Origin: Bacillota bacterium
GTDB taxonomy: Bacteria > Bacillota > SHA-98 > Ch115 > JABLXJ01
NCBI GenBank assembly: GCA_012839815.1
Contig: DUMQ01000146.1
Coordinates: 6,141 to 70,140, forward strand
DNA: 64,000 nt
Direction of reading: 5' to 3'
The position numbers were made by a program, and so were the translations under genes. Numbering within the stretch: the first letter of the stretch is position 1; each line of letters starts with the position of its first letter. This document shows, piece after piece, positions 59,078 to 64,000 of the stretch. The notes beneath the pieces were generated by a model. That model had not been told where the DNA came from. It worked only from the letters and a program-made list of their open reading frames with translations, and did not search any database.

Positions 59078-60271
59078 ATGAGTAATGAGGGGAAACCTGA
59101 AGTCGGAGAAAAAACCGAAGTTGGTATCGGGCTTGTGGGATACGGGTTCATAGGGCGAGTCCACACGCTCGGGTATATGAATATATCCATGTACTACCGC
59201 GGCCTCGGGTGGAAGCCGAGACTTGCGGCCGTGTGTTCGAGGTCGGAGACCAACCGGCGCGAGGCCGTGGGGGAGGCGGGGTATGCGTGGTCGTGCGCGG
59301 ATTTTCGCGAGCTTGTGGCGCGCGAGGATGTTGACGTTGTCGACTGCTGCACCCCTAACGATACCCATCTCGATATAGCCCTGGCTGCCCTGGAGGCCGG
59401 CAAACACGTCTACTGCGAGAAGCCGCTTGCCAGAAATGTAGATGAGGCGCGGCAGATGGCGGAGGCCGCAAGAGAGGCCGGGAGGCGGGCGGGCGTCAAG
59501 ACGCAGGTAGCCTGCATCTACAGGTTCATCCCGGCGGTGATGCGGGCGAAGCAGCTCATAGATGAGGGTGCCCTGGGCAGGATATTTCACTTCAGGGCGG
59601 CCTACCTCCACTCGGGTTACGTCGACCCGATGCGGCCGGTCAGCTGGCGCCTGAGCAAGGCCCAAGGGGGCGCCGGCGCCATCTACGACCTCGGCGCCCA
59701 TATTCTGGATCTCATGTATTATTTGCTTGGCGACTATGTGGAGGTAATGGCGTCGCTCGAGACGTTTATAAAGGAGCGTCCATCCCAGGCGGACCGGTCC
59801 GTGATGGTTCCGGTGGACGTTGATGATTTCGCCCTGATCCAGGCCAGGATGGAGAACGGGGCCATAGGAATCATAGAGGTATCCCGGGTGGCGACGGGCG
59901 CAAACGATGAGCTCCGTTTCGAGATTCATGGGAGCGGCGGCGCCCTGGCTTTTAACCTCATGGATCCGAACTGGTTGTGGTTCTACGATGATACGCGCCC
60001 TGGCTCGCCCATAGGCGGCCTGAAGGGCTACACAAAGATCGAGACCATACAGAAGTTCCCTGAGCCCGGCGGGTTCCCGGGCCCGAAGTTCGCCGTGGGA
60101 TGGATAAGGTTCCACTTCGCGAGCGAGTATGAATTCCTGGCCAGCATCCAGGAGGGGCGCCAGACAACGGGGGCGACCTTTGAGGACGGGCTCCGGATTC
60201 ACGAGGTAATGGACGCCGCCATGCGGTCCGCCGAGGAGCGGGAATGGGTAAAGGTCAACCATCGTAATTAG
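59078..60271 (+). CDS. Gfo/Idh/MocA family oxidoreductase
   Basis: GLVGYGFIG, TPND.H, GKHVYCEKP, DLGAH..D. Confidence 0.93.
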   Translation: MSNEGKPEVGEKTEVGIGLVGYGFIGRVHTLGYMNISMYYRGLGWKPRLAAVCSRSETNRREAVGEAGYAWSCADFRELVAREDVDVVDCCTPNDTHLDIALAALEAGKHVYCEKPLARNVDEARQMAEAAREAGRRAGVKTQVACIYRFIPAVMRAKQLIDEGALGRIFHFRAAYLHSGYVDPMRPVSWRLSKAQGGAGAIYDLGAHILDLMYYLLGDYVEVMASLETFIKERPSQADRSVMVPVDVDDFALIQARMENGAIGIIEVSRVATGANDELRFEIHGSGGALAFNLMDPNWLWFYDDTRPGSPIGGLKGYTKIETIQKFPEPGGFPGPKFAVGWIRFHFASEYEFLASIQEGRQTTGATFEDGLRIHEVMDAAMRSAEEREWVKVNHRN

Positions 60272-60652
60272 GAATGGGAAACGCCGAAAGTCTGTTGCAA
60301 CCCCTAAGTTTCATAGAAGGCATATATCATATGACCAGTGATATGGGCAACATATAGTCTCCAGTCGTGTATCGTGTATGGAGGAATCTGCCGAAATATG
60401 TTGAATTTGGCCTCTGGAGCATACTCTAAAAGTATGCAGTCTTAAAGCATACAGCTCCGCCGGGGCTTATTTTTTTACCGGCCCCGCTCCCGCGGGGGCG
60501 GGGCACTCGTGCCTAGCGCGGGTTCGGGCTATGGCAGACTCGAATCAGCGGACTCGAGCCACACTTATACAATCTATATGTTTGGAAAGGTGGAGAGCGT
60601 GGCTGGAAGCCAGGTGTCAGAGGTTGGATTCAATTCAGGCGGTGAAGTTGAC

Positions 60653-60760
60653 GTGAACAAGGCTGTGGAAATAGCAGATGGGGTTTATTGGGTCGGGTAT
60701 AGCGATGAATCCGCAGGACTCCGCTATGGTAGAAGCCCGGAAAGCTATCCGGGCTTCTAA
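60653..60760 (+). pseudogene. N-terminal relic of an MBL-fold (FprA/ODP-like) gene
   Basis: VNKAVEIADGVYWVGYSD..AGL, then runs into a terminator hairpin. Confidence 0.5.
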
Positions 60761-60765
60761 TTTTT
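60730..60765 (+). terminator. Intrinsic terminator
   Basis: TAGAAGCCCGG/CCGGGCTTCTA stem followed by a T run. Confidence 0.7.
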
Positions 60766-60867
60766 AGGTTTTTGGGCTTCATTGTCCGGCATGCCTGCCG
60801 TTGACGCACGCACGGCCCGGCGAATGAATATACTAAGGTAGCCGTCGAATGGAAGGGGGAGACTGCT

Positions 60868-61131
60868 ATGTCCCAAGAGCTATATAAGGACAATTCCGAT
60901 ATGAATAGGGTCGCCGGCGGCAGTGGCGGCGATAGCGGCGCGCCGGAAACCGGAGCAGCCAATAGAGCGGTGAAGCCGCTTTCATATTATGGTGAGCTGG
61001 CACGGGCATATGTGCCGGTTCAAATCTACGGGGAGAGATTCAGCCCTGCTGAAGCCTTGATGCGGGGAACGATATTCCCCGAGCTCTATAGGCCCTATGA
61101 GCCATCACGCACATCCACACCATCTATTTAA
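60868..61131 (+). CDS. cotJA: Spore coat associated protein CotJA
   Basis: LARAYVP.Q.Y...F.P.EAL.RGTIFPELYRPY. Confidence 0.92.
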   Translation: MSQELYKDNSDMNRVAGGSGGDSGAPETGAANRAVKPLSYYGELARAYVPVQIYGERFSPAEALMRGTIFPELYRPYEPSRTSTPSI

Positions 61132-61326
61132 TATTTTGATACTTATTTAATACCTTGATAATTAATGCCGATGCTTTGATGCCAATGATTTGATGCTCCG
61201 GATGCCATGTTTGTCAACACGGCCGGATATGCCGGGAGTCTGTGTTGCAGTTGCGCCGGTGAGCAGGATGGCTCTGCGGTTCTGGTTAATCTTTCATGGA
61301 CTCTGACGATGCGGGGAGGGTTGACC

Positions 61327-61593
61327 ATGGATCAAAGACGTCAGGATTTACTGCGCATAATGGAACTTGAGTTTACAGCCATAGATCTCAACCTGTTCCT
61401 TGATACACATCCCCAGGACCAGCGCGCTCTGGCTGATTATAATGCCGTTGCCCAGGAACTTATGCGGGCGAGGATGACATACGAATCACGTTACGGACCG
61501 CTCCTGAATTATGGTTTAAGTCCAAGCGCAGATACGTGGCGCTGGATCGAAGAGCCGTGGCCCTGGGAGATCACGTTCGACAGGGAGGATTGA
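61327..61593 (+). CDS. cotJB: Spore coat protein CotJB
   Basis: DLNLFLDTHP.D..AL, YGPL, W.WI..PWPW. Confidence 0.95.
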   Translation: MDQRRQDLLRIMELEFTAIDLNLFLDTHPQDQRALADYNAVAQELMRARMTYESRYGPLLNYGLSPSADTWRWIEEPWPWEITFDRED

Positions 61594-61599
61594 TCATCT

Positions 61600-62175
61600 A
61601 TGTGGGTTTATGAGAAAATTCTGGAATACCCGATCAGGGTATCCGGGCCGAACCCTAGACTAGCTAAGGATATCATCACCCAATATGGAGGGCCCGATGG
61701 GGAACTCGCAGCCTCGCTGCGGTATCTCACCCAGCGGTATTCTATGCCGATTCCGCAGGCCAAAGGGGTGTTGACCGATATAGGAACGGAGGAGCTTGCG
61801 CATATGGAGGTCGTGGCATCCCTGGTTTACAATCTCATCAAGGATGCTTCGATTGATGAGATCATCAGGGCGGGCCTTGACGCATACTACGCCGACCATG
61901 ACCGTGCGTTATATTTCGTGAATGCAGCGGGTGCTCCGTGGACTGCAACCTACATCCAGTCGAAGGGGGACCCCATAGCGGATATACATGAAGATATGGC
62001 AGCTGAACAGAAGGCACGAGCTACCTACGAATACTTGATCCAGCTTTCGGATGACCCTGGTGTCACAGATGCATTAAGGTTCTTGAGGGAGAGGGAGGTA
62101 GTCCACTTCCAGCGTTTCGGTGAGACCCTCAATCTCCTTCACGAACACATGGAACGCAGGAGGGTGTTCTACTAA
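61600..62175 (+). CDS. cotJC: Spore coat manganese catalase CotJC
   Basis: MW.YEK.L.YP, QYGGPDGEL, DIGTEELAH, EDMAAE, REVVHFQRF. Confidence 0.96.
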   Translation: MWVYEKILEYPIRVSGPNPRLAKDIITQYGGPDGELAASLRYLTQRYSMPIPQAKGVLTDIGTEELAHMEVVASLVYNLIKDASIDEIIRAGLDAYYADHDRALYFVNAAGAPWTATYIQSKGDPIADIHEDMAAEQKARATYEYLIQLSDDPGVTDALRFLREREVVHFQRFGETLNLLHEHMERRRVFY

Positions 62176-62290
62176 GCTAAGTTAGTGCGCAAACCAGACC
62201 TTCCGCAGGTGACAGCTAACAGTGCCGCACAGTGGCCGGGGTGTCTCGCATCCCTCCTCGTTAGTTCTGGGCTAGATTGGAGGGATGCTG

Positions 62291-62476
62291 ATGGCAGTCG
62301 AGATTCTGAGGGAGAGATGGACGGGCAAGGTGCGTAAGGTGACCATAGGCGCCACGAAGGACGCCGTGGGACAGGGCGAGCGTGGTTAACTGTTACTCTA
62401 TCATGGAGCGCGTTAGGCTCGGCTCGCTCCAGGGGGCAGGATGCTGGCGATGCCCGTCCAGGTGGCGCGGAGGGCC
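62291..62476 (+). pseudogene. acsD: Collapsed relic of acsD/cdhD (corrinoid Fe-S protein small subunit)
   Basis: MAVEILRERWTGKVRKVTIGATKD fused, with frameshifts, to YSIMERVRLGSLQG-RMLAMPV; GGAGG RBS upstream. Confidence 0.7.
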
Positions 62477-62490
62477 GGGGGCATGTAAAT

Positions 62491-62528
62491 GCTGAGCTGG
62501 CGGAACAGAGGAATGCCGCCAGCTCAGC
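62491..62528. terminator. 13-bp hairpin between convergent transcription units
   Basis: GCTGAGCTGGCGG/CCGCCAGCTCAGC; no strong T-tract. Confidence 0.5.
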
Positions 62529-62604
62529 GTGCAGCAACTGCTGATATTGCTACACGGAAAAGTCCGGCGGACTTCAGGTCCCGTTAGGCAAAAAATCCTG
62601 ATCG

Positions 62605-63993
62605 TCAATCCTTTATGGTCACCGCGTTATTCTTGATCACATCCCTGTACCAGAAGGCGCTCTTTTTCCAGATGCGATCGCGGTCGGGCGAGCGATAATC
62701 GACGTAAATGAGCCCGAAGCGCTTGCTGTAGCCGTAAGCCCATTCGAAATTATCCATCAGTGACCATACGAAATAACCGGCGACATTGACGCCGTCCTCT
62801 ATCGCACGGTGAACCTGGATGAGGTGGGCCTTAATATAGTCGAGGCGACCGTCGTCCTCTATTTTGCCCGCTTCATTAACCCGGTCTTCATAAGCGGCTC
62901 CATTCTCAGTGATGTAGAGGGGTACGTCGCCATAGTCGCGCCGGATGCGGGATAAAAGGTCGTAGATGCCTTCGGGGTATACCTCCCAGCCCATCTCGGT
63001 GTACTTACCTTCGGGCCGTACCAGCGCGCCTCCAGTTATGCGATCCACCGGGCTTGCGGTGCCCTCGTCGCCCGGCCCGAGAGCGCGGATCACGTTTCTG
63101 AAATAGTAGTTTACGCCAAGGAAGTCCACCGGGGACCCGATCAGTTCAAGATCCCCATCTCCCGTTTTTGGAGGGGCGACCTTCTCGTCAAATAGCACCC
63201 ATATGTCTTCAGGATAGGTGCCTTTGAAGATCGGATCCAAAAACCACCTGTTGCTGGTGCCATCCACCCGCCGGGCGGCGATAATATCTGATTCATCGGA
63301 GGATGCGGGGTATACGGGATGGAGATTCAGCGTTATCCCAATCTTGCCACCCTTTATACCTAAATCACGGAATGCCTGGACGGCCTTGCCGTGTGACAGT
63401 AGGAGGTGATGGGATACCTGGATTGCGGATGAGAGGTCTTTGAGCCCCGGCGCGTGCACGCCGAGGGCGTGGCCGGCATAAGCGGTTGCCCACGGTTCAT
63501 TATGGGTGATCCACATCGGGACCCTATCGCCGAGCTCGTTGAACATTATGGAGGCATATTCTGCAAAATAGTCTGTCGTGGCCCTGTTGATCCAGCCCCC
63601 TTTATCCTGTAGCGCCTGGGGTAGATCCCAGTGATACAAGGTAATGGCGGGCTTTATATCCGCTTCGAGGAGCAGGTCCACGAGGCGGCTGTAAAAGTCG
63701 AGGCCCTTGCGGTTGACCTGGCCCTTGCCTGCGGGGAGCACGCGCGGCCACGAGATGGAGAAGCGATAGGCCGTCACGCCGAGGTCCCTCATGATGTGAA
63801 CATCGTCGCGATACCGGTGATAGTGGTCGCAGGCCACATCGCCCGTGTCACCGTTCAGGATATTGCCTGGCGTGTGGGTGAAGCGGTCCCATATCGATTC
63901 CCCCTTGCCATCTTCGGCTGGTGCGCCCTCGATCTGGTACGCGGCCGTTGCAACACCCCATAGAAATCCCCTGGGGAATTCATACTGGCCCAT
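62605..63993 (-). CDS. GH1 beta-glucosidase
   Basis: FLWG.ATAAYQIEG, YRFSISWPR, HNEP acid/base, ITENG nucleophile, DNFEW. Confidence 0.97.
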   Translation of the reverse strand: MGQYEFPRGFLWGVATAAYQIEGAPAEDGKGESIWDRFTHTPGNILNGDTGDVACDHYHRYRDDVHIMRDLGVTAYRFSISWPRVLPAGKGQVNRKGLDFYSRLVDLLLEADIKPAITLYHWDLPQALQDKGGWINRATTDYFAEYASIMFNELGDRVPMWITHNEPWATAYAGHALGVHAPGLKDLSSAIQVSHHLLLSHGKAVQAFRDLGIKGGKIGITLNLHPVYPASSDESDIIAARRVDGTSNRWFLDPIFKGTYPEDIWVLFDEKVAPPKTGDGDLELIGSPVDFLGVNYYFRNVIRALGPGDEGTASPVDRITGGALVRPEGKYTEMGWEVYPEGIYDLLSRIRRDYGDVPLYITENGAAYEDRVNEAGKIEDDGRLDYIKAHLIQVHRAIEDGVNVAGYFVWSLMDNFEWAYGYSKRFGLIYVDYRSPDRDRIWKKSAFWYRDVIKNNAVTIKD

Positions 63994-64000
63994 AGAGTTC

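Noticed and set aside
58946-60262. 438-aa minus-strand ORF
   Set aside because: Antisense shadow of the Gfo/Idh/MocA gene; its protein-like tail (58946-59060) is too short to call
62180-62285. Relic of a cooC/acsF C-terminus upstream of the acsD fossil
   Set aside because: Similarity too weak to support without an alignment

Overview
Chromosomal window from a GC-rich Bacillota (Firmicutes) that appears to be both endospore-forming (sleB-ypeB, spoIID/spoIIQ-like/spoIIID, cotJABC, a Spo0A-family regulator) and diderm (tamB-bamA-skp-skp-like-lpxD plus a further outer-membrane barrel). A Limnochordia-like lineage is plausible but is only an inference. Housekeeping content: yycJ-rlmH, ldh, ktrB, a pdaD-speE-speB polyamine operon, a complete Na+-type V/A-ATP synthase operon, argS, pyrG, rho, murA, mbl and a GH1 beta-glucosidase. 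A ~6.4 kb phage-satellite-like element (tyrosine integrase, Prim-Pol/AAA helicase, Xis/AlpA, CGNR-zinc-finger protein) is integrated in tRNA-Arg(CCG) between 59-bp direct repeats. Most notable observations: (i) complementary motifs at the two element ends could pair only after excision and would then open the terminator hairpin that hides the integrase RBS; (ii) a Spo0A homologue with a rewritten DNA-recognition helix; (iii) nine equally spaced SigH-type promoter motifs, including ones before tamB and bamA; (iv) lpxD without the rest of the lipid A genes nearby; (v) collapsed gene relics (acsD, an ECF sigma factor, an MBL-fold gene) and a 57-bp MITE. All family calls come from reading motifs by eye; no database searches were run.
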